DNA of 64,000 nucleotides from a virus: IMG/VR virus record IMGVR_UViG_3300020204_000007, positions 96,001 to 160,000 of that record; one strand, 5' to 3'. Shown piece by piece: positions 16,048 to 25,646 of this stretch (position 1 is its first letter; each line of letters starts with the position of its first letter). The notes under the pieces were generated by a model. It saw only the letters and a program-made list of their open reading frames with translations, ran no database searches and was not told where the DNA came from. The position numbers and the translations under genes were made by a program.

Positions 16048-16247
16048 ATATTGTTAAAGATGTTCGTAAATATACTGAATATTTGACCCCTCAAGATATA
16101 GAACTTATTTATCTTGCAGTCATTTATCTTATTGATAATGTTGACGACGCAGAAAACCAATTAAATGTAGAAATTAACAAAAATCAAGTTGATGTTTTGC
16201 TGGCAAAATTAGAACTTGATCATAATTATTTGGCCGATAAAATTTAA
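16044..16247 (+). CDS. hypothetical protein
   Basis: ATGA overlap. Confidence 0.6.
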   Translation: MNIVKDVRKYTEYLTPQDIELIYLAVIYLIDNVDDAENQLNVEINKNQVDVLLAKLELDHNYLADKI

Positions 16248-16248
16248 T

Positions 16249-16275
16249 TAAAGTTAGATCCCAAAACTCCGATAT
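16249..16275 (+). promoter_or_regulatory. sigma-28-type promoter
   Basis: TAAA-N15-TCCGATAT; leader near-identical to 15070 copy. Confidence 0.8.
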
Positions 16276-16322
16276 GTAAATGTAGGCAATGTAGCCTACA
16301 AGAAATTAAGGGGAGTGGAAAT

Positions 16323-16571
16323 ATGACAGCAAACATCTTTGCCAAGTCTACAAATATACCAAAAACGATAGCAATGATCGAAGAGGATTTGTGGCAAATG
16401 AGCTATATTTTGTTCTCAGATACGCAAGAACATTACAATGAAATAATTCGTATGATGCCGTATTACGGTTTCAAATACGAAAATCGTATTGGCATCATGA
16501 AAGAATTTGAACAGCATCTTTTGGATATCAAACACAAACTTAAAACTGAGCTAGAAGCTCGACAAATTTAA
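16323..16571 (+). CDS. hypothetical protein
   Basis: GGGAG RBS. Confidence 0.65.
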   Translation: MTANIFAKSTNIPKTIAMIEEDLWQMSYILFSDTQEHYNEIIRMMPYYGFKYENRIGIMKEFEQHLLDIKHKLKTELEARQI

Positions 16572-16581
16572 GGGGGGTGTC

Positions 16582-16908
16582 ATGGGGCTAGATATGTATT
16601 TATACGGCAAAGAAGGCAGGGATGAAATTGAACTTGGGTACTGGAGAAAACACCCTAATCTGCACGGTTTCATTATTGAAACATTTGCAGAAGGTCTTGA
16701 CAATTGCCAAAGAATTGATTTATCTGAAGAAGACCTACATATTATTTATGACGCAGTAAACGTAGAAGCATTGCCGCAAACAGACGGATTTTTCTTTGGC
16801 GAAAGTTACCCCGAAGACCGTGCGCCTTCTTTACAAGTTTTTGAAAAGGCAATACAATGGTTGAAACAAAACAAAAAAAGAACGGTGTTCTATCGAGCGA
16901 GTTGGTAA
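16582..16908 (+). CDS. conserved phage protein (MGLDMY...YWRK...YRASW type)
   Basis: Recognisable phage family motifs. Confidence 0.75.
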   Translation: MGLDMYLYGKEGRDEIELGYWRKHPNLHGFIIETFAEGLDNCQRIDLSEEDLHIIYDAVNVEALPQTDGFFFGESYPEDRAPSLQVFEKAIQWLKQNKKRTVFYRASW

Positions 16909-17180
16909 TGCGATTAAACGATTATAGGTTGACTTGTATAGCGATTTCTATTAAACAAGTATTATTCCATATGAAAACTTATGAGAGTAAAAACAAAAAT
17001 TATTATGAATCAATAAATAATTATTTCTTAACAAATGCTAAAAATAACGAAGAGGCAGAAGAAATTCTCAGGCGAAAGTTACAAGAGCATCAACAAAATA
17101 TCCAAGCTCTAAAAATTTAGGTAAAACATTCTTGTTTTAATTCTCCTATTTTGTTACGATTTAATAGAATAGGAGAATCT

Positions 17181-17900
17181 ATGAAATTTTTTAATAAAGT
17201 TTTGGCTATATCATTATTATCAATTTCCTCATTTGCATCTGCCGAACAAAAAGAACCAGAAAAAGAAGTAGTGATTTTATCACCTAATTCTTTTATCAAG
17301 TTTACAGATGAAGTTAATGAATTAACTGCATCTCGATTTATCAAAGACTTTTTATCTCAAACAAGTGACAAAGTTACTGTTTTTATAGATTCGCCTGGGG
17401 GTGACGTACTGGATGGCCTTCGGATGATTGAAGCGGTTCGCTCTGCAAAGGTGGCAAGACCAAATTTGAAAGTAAAATGTGTAGTAAACTCTGCAGCATC
17501 TATGGCGTTTTATTTTTTGCAAACAGCCTGTGATGAACGGCTTATTACAGAAACTGCAGTTTTGATGCAGCATCAAGCGCAAATTGGTATGCAAGCTCCA
17601 GTGCGACGTTTAGAAAGCCGTTTTTCGTTAATCAACGCCATTATAGATTGGCTTGATAACGAAAGTGCTAAACGATTAAGCACTACTGTTAAAGAACTGC
17701 GAGAAAGGGTCTCAAACGATTGGTGGGTTGTTGGCAAGGACGCAGTTAAACAAAAAGCCGCTGATAAAGTTGTAGGCGTTACCTGTTCATTAGAATTGAT
17801 GAACGCTCCGCCAACCGAAGATAAAAAAGCGGCTTGTCCTCTTGTTTACGGTTCTTCTAATGGTGGTGGTCAAGGAAAACTTTTTCCTAAAAACCCCTAA
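17181..17900 (+). CDS. ClpP-like serine protease with signal peptide
   Basis: IDSPGG, AASMA (catalytic Ser), LMQHQA (His); N-terminus MKFFNKVLAISLLSISSFASA. Confidence 0.85.
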   Translation: MKFFNKVLAISLLSISSFASAEQKEPEKEVVILSPNSFIKFTDEVNELTASRFIKDFLSQTSDKVTVFIDSPGGDVLDGLRMIEAVRSAKVARPNLKVKCVVNSAASMAFYFLQTACDERLITETAVLMQHQAQIGMQAPVRRLESRFSLINAIIDWLDNESAKRLSTTVKELRERVSNDWWVVGKDAVKQKAADKVVGVTCSLELMNAPPTEDKKAACPLVYGSSNGGGQGKLFPKNP

Positions 17901-17924
17901 AGTTAGATTCCAAAGCTCCGATAT
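17898..17924 (+). promoter_or_regulatory. sigma-28-type promoter
   Basis: TAAA-N15-TCCGATAT; TAA is the upstream stop codon. Confidence 0.8.
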
Positions 17925-17950
17925 GTAAATGTAAGTAATCGGAGGTTAGT

Positions 17951-18190
17951 ATGAAAATTATCAAAGTTGGCGATACGGTTTCTTGGCGCGGCTCTTGGGG
18001 ATCACATCCTCCTAGAGCCGCTAAAGTTATTCATATTGAAAAAACTGAACAACCGCGTCAAAAATATGGCGAGTCAGTGGATTCAATCAAGGTTACTGAA
18101 AAATCCTATGCAGTTTTCATATTAGACAATGGCCATTGGGCTTACGGTGATCAAATTCGACGCATTGAAGATGAACCAGAGGCACTTTAA
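17951..18190 (+). CDS. small SH3-like hypothetical protein
   Basis: IKVGDTVSWRG...LDNGHWAYG; GGAGG RBS. Confidence 0.7.
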   Translation: MKIIKVGDTVSWRGSWGSHPPRAAKVIHIEKTEQPRQKYGESVDSIKVTEKSYAVFILDNGHWAYGDQIRRIEDEPEAL

Positions 18191-18199
18191 GGAGGATAT

Positions 18200-18409
18200 A
18201 TGTTTCTTAAAAACATGGTTGATTTTAGTAAAGTTAAACTTATTGATACTAAACTTCAAGGCTATCGTTTTGTAGAAGATACTTACGAAGTTGAATTATT
18301 GACTGGCTTGTTTGAACGGGAAATTGAAGATGATCTATATCGTTATGATCGTAATGCAGAAATCGTACAAATTCTACCAGATAAATTGATCTTTAAAATT
18401 AAGCGTTGA
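18200..18409 (+). CDS. hypothetical protein
   Basis: AAGGAGG RBS. Confidence 0.65.
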   Translation: MFLKNMVDFSKVKLIDTKLQGYRFVEDTYEVELLTGLFEREIEDDLYRYDRNAEIVQILPDKLIFKIKR

Positions 18410-18417
18410 GGTGAATA

Positions 18418-18882
18418 ATGCCAAACTGGTGTTCAAATCATGCAACATTCAGGCATTCAGATCCTGAAATAATTAAAATAATCAAACTGGGAATTGAAAA
18501 TAAAAATTTATTTGAGGTTTTTATTCCAATTGAAGAAGGCAAAGACGCGTCTTCTTTATGGGGAACGAAATGGGACATTGATGAACCACATATGGTTGAT
18601 TATGGTGATGATTATGTTCAAGTTGTTTTTCAAACCGCATGGTCTCCGCCACTTGAATTTTATGAAACAATTGAACGCGAGCATGAAATAGAGGTAGAAG
18701 CCCTCTTTTATGAACCGGGTATGGCATTCATGGGTGGATATTGCGATAATGAAACATGGGATCATCCGTGGCCAGAAACACCAGAAGATTATAACAATAT
18801 ACCAGAAGCATTAGAAATTGCATTCAACATAAGAGAATATTGGTATGAGGAAGGAATCGAAGAATATGCCGAGGGTTTGTGA
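18418..18882 (+). CDS. DUF1281/Api92-like ferredoxin-like domain protein
   Basis: MPNWCSN, WGTKWD, FQTAWSPP, YEPGMAF. Confidence 0.8.
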   Translation: MPNWCSNHATFRHSDPEIIKIIKLGIENKNLFEVFIPIEEGKDASSLWGTKWDIDEPHMVDYGDDYVQVVFQTAWSPPLEFYETIEREHEIEVEALFYEPGMAFMGGYCDNETWDHPWPETPEDYNNIPEALEIAFNIREYWYEEGIEEYAEGL

Positions 18883-19265
18883 CGATGAAAGTTATGCCAT
18901 CCCAAAGAGGATTTTACGATATTTGGGTCACTAGATTTTGGATAAATGATAAATGGCAACTTGCGGTTGGATTCACCGAAACTTATTGGAATACTGTTGA
19001 TGGTTGTTGGCAATATCATCAAAAAATTTCAATTCCAGTAAAAACAAACGCAATCGGTTTTGAGTTTTCTAATAAATTATCTAGCTTACTTGGACAAAAA
19101 AACGTGCGTGGATACAATAAGTATGATGATGAGTATGAATTTAGTCCACATTCAGTAGAAAAATTGATTGATATTTTTACATTGGTGTTTGATTCTTTTC
19201 CACAAAAAACTTTTTCTAAAAAAGTAAAAGCACACACGTTTGCGCTCATAGCGGAAACTGTATGA
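18879..19265 (+). CDS. hypothetical protein (paralogue family)
   Basis: C-terminal FPQKTFSKK motif. Confidence 0.6.
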   Translation: MTMKVMPSQRGFYDIWVTRFWINDKWQLAVGFTETYWNTVDGCWQYHQKISIPVKTNAIGFEFSNKLSSLLGQKNVRGYNKYDDEYEFSPHSVEKLIDIFTLVFDSFPQKTFSKKVKAHTFALIAETV

Positions 19266-19906
19266 AAATTGTGCAAATAACAAAAAAGATTGCAGATCAA
19301 TTTGTTACAAAAAAACATTATTCTAGAAGAGCAAGTATTTTCTGGGCTGGATTTGCATTGATAGAAAACGAACAAATCACTGGCGTTGTAGTTTACGGTC
19401 AACCATCTCCATCCATTCAAAAACACGCATTCAAAAACAGAGACTTTCGATTATACGAATTATCTAGATTAGTTATACAATCTAAAACTAAAAATGCAGC
19501 CAGTTTTCTAGTCGGCAATAGTTTGAAGATGTTACAATCTCCATGTGCAATTATTAGTTATGCAGACACGGCGTATAATCATTGTGGAATTATTTATCAA
19601 GCAACAAATTGGCTCTATACTGGCGCATCAAAACCGCACGAAAAAACATATTTGATTGATGGTAAAAAAGTCCATGCCATGACTTTATATGATATGGGCA
19701 TAACAGATCCAACTCGATGGGCAAAAGAAAATAATATACAAACCGTTCCCCCGTCTGTTAAACATAGATATTTTCAATTTGTTGGCAACAAAAAAGAAAA
19801 GGCTAAAATGATGGCTGCCTTAAATTATCCCATCATTAAACAATATCCAAAATGCGATCAGGTCAGATATGACGATGGCGAAGAATTAAATATAAAATTT
19901 AGTTAA
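19262..19906 (+). CDS. Mom-like (GNAT-fold) DNA modification protein
   Basis: KHYS, GVVVYG, YELSRL, ISYAD, HCGIIYQATNWLYTG, KHRY. Confidence 0.8.
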   Translation: MKIVQITKKIADQFVTKKHYSRRASIFWAGFALIENEQITGVVVYGQPSPSIQKHAFKNRDFRLYELSRLVIQSKTKNAASFLVGNSLKMLQSPCAIISYADTAYNHCGIIYQATNWLYTGASKPHEKTYLIDGKKVHAMTLYDMGITDPTRWAKENNIQTVPPSVKHRYFQFVGNKKEKAKMMAALNYPIIKQYPKCDQVRYDDGEELNIKFS

Positions 19907-19930
19907 AGTTAGACATAAAAATGCCGATAG
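19904..19930 (+). promoter_or_regulatory. sigma-28-type promoter
   Basis: TAAA-N15-GCCGATAG, near-canonical FliA consensus. Confidence 0.8.
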
Positions 19931-20045
19931 GGTATAGTGGGGAGGTGCAAAATGTTTTTCTTTCTTCCTGCCTTGTTTTTGACTGGAATTATACTGATTT
20001 ACGGAATTGTTTTGTGTTTTTCTTTTTTGTTTTTTAGGAAAAATA

Positions 20046-20483
20046 ATGACTGAGATATATGCCGAAGAAGACAAGTATATATATAATGAAGATACAGAAA
20101 TCCTGCGTGATATAGCTGCCTATGAAATAGGCAAATTCCTTGTGAAATGGGGAAGAATCAACGTTCGACAAACTAAATCTAAATACGGCACAGTGCGTGT
20201 TTATTGTTCTTTGGGTTATTGGTCATTCCATAGTTTTTTTCACCCAACTCACATTTGGGTTAGATGGCCAAAATGGTTGTACACTGCTGATTTGTTTGTA
20301 GGCCAGTACGTCATGAAATATCTGAATTATTTAGTCGTTCCGTATCAAAAATTTATTTACAAAAAAGCTTACGAAAGAGCCGTAAAAAGATTCCCAACGA
20401 TTGCTAAAAACATCTTAATTTGCACAGATTTTCCAGAAATTCTTAAACCTCTAATTGAAAAACATGGATTAAAAGATGAATAA
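20046..20483 (+). CDS. hypothetical protein
   Basis: QTKSKYGTVRVY motif; AGGA RBS. Confidence 0.65.
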   Translation: MTEIYAEEDKYIYNEDTEILRDIAAYEIGKFLVKWGRINVRQTKSKYGTVRVYCSLGYWSFHSFFHPTHIWVRWPKWLYTADLFVGQYVMKYLNYLVVPYQKFIYKKAYERAVKRFPTIAKNILICTDFPEILKPLIEKHGLKDE

Positions 20484-20612
20484 CCATAATGACGATGATG
20501 AACCACCAGAGTATTTTTTGGCTGATTTTATCAGCCAGCTTGGATTATTTTTGCTAAAAATAATGATTTGGGTGGTTATATTTCTAGCTTTAGCTGATTG
20601 GCTAGGTAACAA

Positions 20613-20906
20613 ATGAATCATTACGATATTAAAAATATGTTAGCTGAATACAGCAAAACGCTAAATAGCGTACAAAAAACATTAAAAGAATATCCGTCTA
20701 TTAGAGAAATGTGGCTGGCCGATATATCTAATGAATTTATATATGAATACAATTCATGTGAGTTTGTCAAATTGTATCCAAACGACGATGATCAAATAAT
20801 ACAAATAGCGCGTCAAGCCGCTGAGAATTTTCTTTCAAATTTATTACAGGAAGAAAGAAAAGGCGATAATGTTTTATTACATACTGATAGCAACCAAAGG
20901 AAGTAA
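20613..20906 (+). CDS. hypothetical protein
   Basis: ORF in gene string. Confidence 0.55.
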   Translation: MNHYDIKNMLAEYSKTLNSVQKTLKEYPSIREMWLADISNEFIYEYNSCEFVKLYPNDDDQIIQIARQAAENFLSNLLQEERKGDNVLLHTDSNQRK

Positions 20907-21234
20907 CCGAGGAAAGAAAAAAGAGCCAAAAAAATTTGATTTTATGAATCTCAAAGATTGGTGGTTAGTAAGATCAGATAAAGAAATTGAATTTGGCTCA
21001 GATGGTGAACTTATTTTAGGCGTAGATGGATTCTGTCATTTTCAATATTTATATCTTTTTCTTCCAAATTCACCAATATGGACTATTGGTAAATTCTGTG
21101 GGACTAGATGTATTTATAAATTTACAGACGAGTTTCAAGCGATTGAATTTATCAAACAAGAAGTTCACAAAAACCAAGAAAAAGCCAACAAAAGAATGAA
21201 TAAATATATTGATGCAATTTTACAAAACATTTAA
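20869..21234 (+). CDS. hypothetical protein
   Basis: ORF in gene string. Confidence 0.55.
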   Translation: MFYYILIATKGSNRGKKKEPKKFDFMNLKDWWLVRSDKEIEFGSDGELILGVDGFCHFQYLYLFLPNSPIWTIGKFCGTRCIYKFTDEFQAIEFIKQEVHKNQEKANKRMNKYIDAILQNI

Positions 21235-21235
21235 T

Positions 21236-21262
21236 TAAAGTTAGATTGCAAGACTCCGATAT
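21236..21262 (+). promoter_or_regulatory. sigma-28-type promoter
   Basis: TAAA-N15-TCCGATAT. Confidence 0.8.
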
Positions 21263-21287
21263 GTAAATATAGTAAAACGGAGGTTAT

Positions 21288-21608
21288 ATGCGGAAAATCA
21301 ATTTTACTGTTGCGTTTCCTATTTCTGTCACAATAGATGTTCCTGATGATTGTTCTTACGAACAAATTTTAGTTGAAATAATAAAACAATCCGTTCAGCT
21401 TGATCCCACTGAACACGATGGAATGGTTATCCAAGAAGTTCTTGATTCAAGGCTGAATAACAATAACGTAATTCATAAAATCCTTGAAATTCAAGACCAA
21501 TTAGAGGCCGACGAAGAATACTATAATTTTCTGGCCGAAGAAGAGGACAAGAAAAATAACGAGAACTATTATCGTTATTGTGTAGATCAAATAGATAATT
21601 TGTTTTGA
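21288..21608 (+). CDS. acidic hypothetical protein
   Basis: GGAGG RBS. Confidence 0.65.
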   Translation: MRKINFTVAFPISVTIDVPDDCSYEQILVEIIKQSVQLDPTEHDGMVIQEVLDSRLNNNNVIHKILEIQDQLEADEEYYNFLAEEEDKKNNENYYRYCVDQIDNLF

Positions 21609-21639
21609 AGTTAGCATCACAACAACTTAGGAGAAAGAT

Positions 21640-21846
21640 ATGATTACAATTATTGCCATAAATGATAACGACGAACAAGTCACTGTTAAGGCTAAAAGTG
21701 TAGCCCTTTTAGAATCAGAAGAGTTTACCTGTTTAGATATTACTTCGGCTGAACAGTTGGCAGTTTGCCTTGAACAAAACGGCAGGGACGATTTAGCAGA
21801 AAAAGTCAGAAAACTTGTTGCCCATTCAGTGCTGAGTAAATCATAA
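21640..21846 (+). CDS. hypothetical protein
   Basis: AGGAG RBS. Confidence 0.6.
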   Translation: MITIIAINDNDEQVTVKAKSVALLESEEFTCLDITSAEQLAVCLEQNGRDDLAEKVRKLVAHSVLSKS

Positions 21847-22178
21847 TGGCAGTTTATAGCGTAAACTCTGACGCTAAATATATTTATGCTCAACTTTCAT
21901 CTCGTGAATCATTGGGAAGATACGATCAATACTTTTTTTGTGTATTTTCTATTGCTAGTTATCCTGACAGCAAAGAACACTACCGCCTTAGATTTAGTAC
22001 AAAACAAGATCTTGTTAATTTTGGTGGAATTTTTTGGCATAATTATTATTCTTTAGGCAATAATGAAATGCAGCAAGAATCTCTTTTTGAATTGCTTAAT
22101 AAAACCATTAATCAATGGGGCGACAATAGAAAATTAAAAACTAAAAGATTATTAACTGATCTTTATAAAAATATGTGA
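21846..22178 (+). CDS. hypothetical protein, paralogue of 22683-23063
   Basis: HYRLRFSTKQDLV vs HYKLPFHSKQEMV. Confidence 0.65.
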   Translation: MAVYSVNSDAKYIYAQLSSRESLGRYDQYFFCVFSIASYPDSKEHYRLRFSTKQDLVNFGGIFWHNYYSLGNNEMQQESLFELLNKTINQWGDNRKLKTKRLLTDLYKNM

Positions 22179-22185
22179 TGGGTTT

Positions 22186-22632
22186 ATGAGGGGTTACTAT
22201 CACATAACTACTACCAGAACTGGAAAGCTACGCGGAAATACAAGAAATATAACAATCTATAAATACATTTTTGATGGATTGAGTGAAACAAAATTTGAAA
22301 GCATTGATTTTACAAATATCAGACTTGGTTCTCGAATAGCGCACTCTCTTAAAACTTGTGCAGTAAAAGAAGTTCTAATGTTAGAATTTCCTGCGTCATG
22401 GTATTCCATATCAGTTATTGCAGATACTTTTGAAAAAAATATTGATGCAAAAATGATCTGGAGTCGTTGGGATTACATTTCATTAAATAAAATTCAAAAC
22501 GCAATAGAATTGCCTTCAGATGAAGAATTTATATCAATTTTTCAAAAAATCCTAGAATCCCTTCCTAAAAGAACAGTTTCACAAAAAAATAAAATAAAAA
22601 TGTTAGATCAAATTTCGGCCAATTTATTGTAA
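22186..22632 (+). CDS. hypothetical protein, paralogue of 23118-23591
   Basis: MRGYY / MKGYY starts; LPKRTVSQKN vs LPPKTFSKQN. Confidence 0.65.
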   Translation: MRGYYHITTTRTGKLRGNTRNITIYKYIFDGLSETKFESIDFTNIRLGSRIAHSLKTCAVKEVLMLEFPASWYSISVIADTFEKNIDAKMIWSRWDYISLNKIQNAIELPSDEEFISIFQKILESLPKRTVSQKNKIKMLDQISANLL

Positions 22633-22656
22633 AGTTAGATTACAAAGCTCCGATAT
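22630..22656 (+). promoter_or_regulatory. sigma-28-type promoter
   Basis: TAAA-N15-TCCGATAT; 22630-22685 identical to 23065-23120. Confidence 0.8.
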
Positions 22657-22682
22657 GTTTGTTATGTGTAGGAGGAAATGCA

Positions 22683-23063
22683 ATGAGTTATTATTCATGG
22701 ATTACCGATAATCACAACATATATGTTGAAATGAAATATGATCGTGAATGGACTGGCAGAAATTATAGATATAAGTATTACATAAAAGCATACTCATTTT
22801 CCTTTAATTCAAAATTTAATAACAATGATCATTATAAATTGCCGTTTCATTCAAAACAAGAAATGGTTGTTTTTTACAACAAACTTTCTTATAAATTTAA
22901 TAAAATACGAAATGACAGGTATGATCACGATGCCAGAAAATACTTTTATGAGCCAGTTTCTATTGAAAAATTAGTTGAAATTACCGAAGAAACAATTAAA
23001 GAAATGCAATATAACAAAAGAAAAACTACTAAATTATTTCAAGCATTGTTTGAAAATCTTTGA
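22683..23063 (+). CDS. hypothetical protein
   Basis: AGGAGG RBS, ATG 22683. Confidence 0.65.
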   Translation: MSYYSWITDNHNIYVEMKYDREWTGRNYRYKYYIKAYSFSFNSKFNNNDHYKLPFHSKQEMVVFYNKLSYKFNKIRNDRYDHDARKYFYEPVSIEKLVEITEETIKEMQYNKRKTTKLFQALFENL

Positions 23064-23064
23064 T

Positions 23065-23091
23065 TAAAGTTAGATTACAAAGCTCCGATAT
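23065..23091 (+). promoter_or_regulatory. sigma-28-type promoter
   Basis: TAAA-N15-TCCGATAT. Confidence 0.8.
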
Positions 23092-23117
23092 GTTTGTTAT
23101 GTGTAGGAGGAAATGCA

Positions 23118-23591
23118 ATGAAAGGCTATTATTCGTTAGAAATAAATCGCTCTTTTCAACAAGGATGTGGATTTAGATATAAAGTTATTTGCAACCAATA
23201 TACAGTTGACGAAGTTGATGTCGAACGACTTAAAATTCTGTGGTCAACGCCACGAGACCTGCTTCCAGACAATTTACAACGGGCAGGCAGCAGAGATTTT
23301 TTGACTCAATGTAATATGAAAACAAAACAATTATTTGAAATTCGTTGTCATTATCCAACTGCACACAGAATTTTGTTCAGTCTTGAAGATTTGATCCCTA
23401 GATCAAAACTGCGCCCATGCTATAGTAACTGGCAAAATCCAATCGAAGCTCAGATTGAAAAAGCGGAAGAACTTTTATCATTCGAAGAATTTTTGCCTTT
23501 GCTACAAAAAACATTAAATGAATTGCCGCCCAAAACATTTTCAAAACAAAATCGCCAAAAGGGCATTGAATCCTATATGGCTTCAGTTTGA
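23118..23591 (+). CDS. hypothetical protein
   Basis: AGGAGG RBS, ATG 23118. Confidence 0.65.
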   Translation: MKGYYSLEINRSFQQGCGFRYKVICNQYTVDEVDVERLKILWSTPRDLLPDNLQRAGSRDFLTQCNMKTKQLFEIRCHYPTAHRILFSLEDLIPRSKLRPCYSNWQNPIEAQIEKAEELLSFEEFLPLLQKTLNELPPKTFSKQNRQKGIESYMASV

Positions 23592-23600
23592 AAGAGGTTT

Positions 23601-24029
23601 ATGTTTTTAAGTCATAAAACAGCAATCAAACGAAACAGGCTTTCCGCTCCTGCGACAAGTCTACAAAAACTTGGTTTGTTGAATGGAAAAGTTTTAGATT
23701 ATGGATGCGGTAGAGGCAAAGATTGCGAAGTTTTATCAATCGACGGTTATGACCCATTTTATCAGCCAATCATGCCATCTGGACTATATGACACAATTCT
23801 GTGTACTTTTGTTTTGAATGTTGTTAATGAAACTACGCAAGAAGTTATCCTATCCAATATACACAACTTGCTAACAGATAATGGAAAAGCGTATATCACG
23901 GTGCGTCGAGATATAAAACAAGAAGGCATTACTCGCATAAATACTTACCAACGGAATGTAGTGTTAGATTTGCCTCTTTTGATCACTAAAAAAGATAAGT
24001 TCGCTACTTATATTATGGAGAAAAAATGA
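23601..24029 (+). CDS. class I SAM-dependent methyltransferase
   Basis: TAIKR..LSAP, VLDYGCGRG, YDP, YDTILCTFVLNV, ITVR. Confidence 0.85.
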   Translation: MFLSHKTAIKRNRLSAPATSLQKLGLLNGKVLDYGCGRGKDCEVLSIDGYDPFYQPIMPSGLYDTILCTFVLNVVNETTQEVILSNIHNLLTDNGKAYITVRRDIKQEGITRINTYQRNVVLDLPLLITKKDKFATYIMEKK

Positions 24030-24505
24030 AATACACAGATTTTGTTGGTAAAGATAAGATTAAAATCACTTCTGAAATCGTAAATCGTTCTTGGAATATT
24101 CTTTCACAAAATGTAAAAGATGGCCTTGCAAACAAAGGTAGGTATGAGTACCCACAGGCAAAATATTTGAATAAAATTGCACCAGATTTTCAATCGTTCG
24201 TCACTCACATTCGTTTTTTTATTGATAACTGGAATGATAATCCGGTATTTACAGAATCATTTCAATCAAGCGGAATTGCTAAAAAACGCCTTGCAATAGG
24301 ACAAGATGAAGACGGCGGAATGATCTGGCTAAAAGGGCAGCCAGCTTCAAATATCATGGATATTTTATTTATTGTTTCTGCCTGTCCTGACGTAAGTGAA
24401 TTCTTGTTTCCTAAAGAAACAACGCCTTCTAAACCTATTTTTTTGGAGGAGGAAGAAAACAAAAGAAGGTTTGACGATGATTATTATTTTTATGGATACG
24501 ATTAA
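24026..24505 (+). CDS. hypothetical protein
   Basis: GGAG RBS, ATGA overlap. Confidence 0.65.
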   Translation: MKYTDFVGKDKIKITSEIVNRSWNILSQNVKDGLANKGRYEYPQAKYLNKIAPDFQSFVTHIRFFIDNWNDNPVFTESFQSSGIAKKRLAIGQDEDGGMIWLKGQPASNIMDILFIVSACPDVSEFLFPKETTPSKPIFLEEEENKRRFDDDYYFYGYD

Positions 24506-24529
24506 AGTTAGAGTCGGTTGTTCCGATAT
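24503..24529 (+). promoter_or_regulatory. sigma-28-type promoter
   Basis: TAAA-N15-TCCGATAT; promoter plus leader identical to 25587 copy. Confidence 0.8.
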
Positions 24530-24562
24530 GTTTTATGCCAATAAAGGCAAAGGAGTGAACGC

Positions 24563-24817
24563 ATGAAAAAGCCCGTAGTGTTTAGAAAGCTCGTCCGTGC
24601 AGTAGAAGGTTTTAGTTATGAGTATTTGGAATTTAATGTTAAGACCCAAACAATTAAGCTAAAGCGTTCACATAAAGATAAAACAACGCTCAGAGTAAAC
24701 GAACGCAGCCTTCAACATGAAGTTGTTTACGAAGTAAACGGTAAAGCGGTAGATCAACCAACTAATATCAATTTTGAAGACTTCGTTAAACTCTTAACAA
24801 AGACTTTCTCAAAATGA
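24563..24817 (+). CDS. hypothetical protein
   Basis: AAGGAG RBS. Confidence 0.65.
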   Translation: MKKPVVFRKLVRAVEGFSYEYLEFNVKTQTIKLKRSHKDKTTLRVNERSLQHEVVYEVNGKAVDQPTNINFEDFVKLLTKTFSK

Positions 24818-25179
24818 GATGGATTACTAAATACAAACAAGAAATTAAAAGCCACCAAGCAATCAAGCCCCTTCTTCTTCGCCTTGAAGAGAAGGGGTGG
24901 AAAGTTAGATTTGTAAAATGGGTGAACAAAAGAGTCGATGGTTATTGTGATGCCCGCAAACGAGAAATAGTAGTTGTATCTTCGTGCAATCGTGAAGTTT
25001 ATTATCCACGCACAATGCAAAGACTGGCATGGATATTGGCTCATGAGTATCGCCACGCTTGGCAAGAAGAAAACAATAAATATCTTGCATATATTTATGG
25101 CCATGATATTAGAGATAAAGAAATTGCCGAAAAAGATGCAAATGATTTTGCTGACCGATATATTAAAAACTTTTGGTAA
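24814..25179 (+). CDS. small zincin metallopeptidase (ImmA/IrrE-like)
   Basis: ILAHEYRHAWQ ... AEKDANDFA. Confidence 0.75.
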   Translation: MRWITKYKQEIKSHQAIKPLLLRLEEKGWKVRFVKWVNKRVDGYCDARKREIVVVSSCNREVYYPRTMQRLAWILAHEYRHAWQEENNKYLAYIYGHDIRDKEIAEKDANDFADRYIKNFW

Positions 25180-25203
25180 AGTTAGAATCCCAAGCTCCGA
25201 TAA
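25177..25203 (+). promoter_or_regulatory. sigma-28-type promoter
   Basis: TAAA-N15-TCCGATAA. Confidence 0.8.
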
Positions 25204-25223
25204 GTAAGTATAAGGAGCAGCCA

Positions 25224-25589
25224 ATGAACAAAATTGAAGAAAAGAATTATTTCTGGAATTTGTACCCAAATTCGCTTTTGAACGTCGAAAAGAATTTATT
25301 CAATTGCGCAATAATCATGGTAATTAGAACAAAAACTTCAACATTTCATTTTTTGACGCCAAACAGAGAAATTTTGTTTGCACAATTTAATAAATTAAAA
25401 GTTAGCAATGAGTTTGCTGAAAAATGTCTTAAAAGACAAAAAAGTGTTTTGCAAAAGATGCCATCATCAATTTTAATAAATACAAATACTTTCAATAAAG
25501 AAGATTTAATCAAATTTTTACTTTCGGCAAGAGGAGGGGATTCAGAATCAAACGATGCATTTGATAAATTTATTTGTTCGTGGTTGTAA
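25224..25589 (+). CDS. hypothetical protein
   Basis: AAGGAG RBS, ATG 25224. Confidence 0.6.
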   Translation: MNKIEEKNYFWNLYPNSLLNVEKNLFNCAIIMVIRTKTSTFHFLTPNREILFAQFNKLKVSNEFAEKCLKRQKSVLQKMPSSILINTNTFNKEDLIKFLLSARGGDSESNDAFDKFICSWL

Positions 25590-25613
25590 AGTTAGAGTCG
25601 GTTGTTCCGATAT
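25587..25613 (+). promoter_or_regulatory. sigma-28-type promoter
   Basis: TAAA-N15-TCCGATAT. Confidence 0.8.
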
Positions 25614-25646
25614 GTTTTATGCCAATAAAGGCAAAGGAGTGAACGC

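Noticed and set aside
24901-24925. AAAGTTAGATTTG, resembling the promoter -35 half
   Set aside because: Inside a CDS and lacks the CCGATA -10 element.
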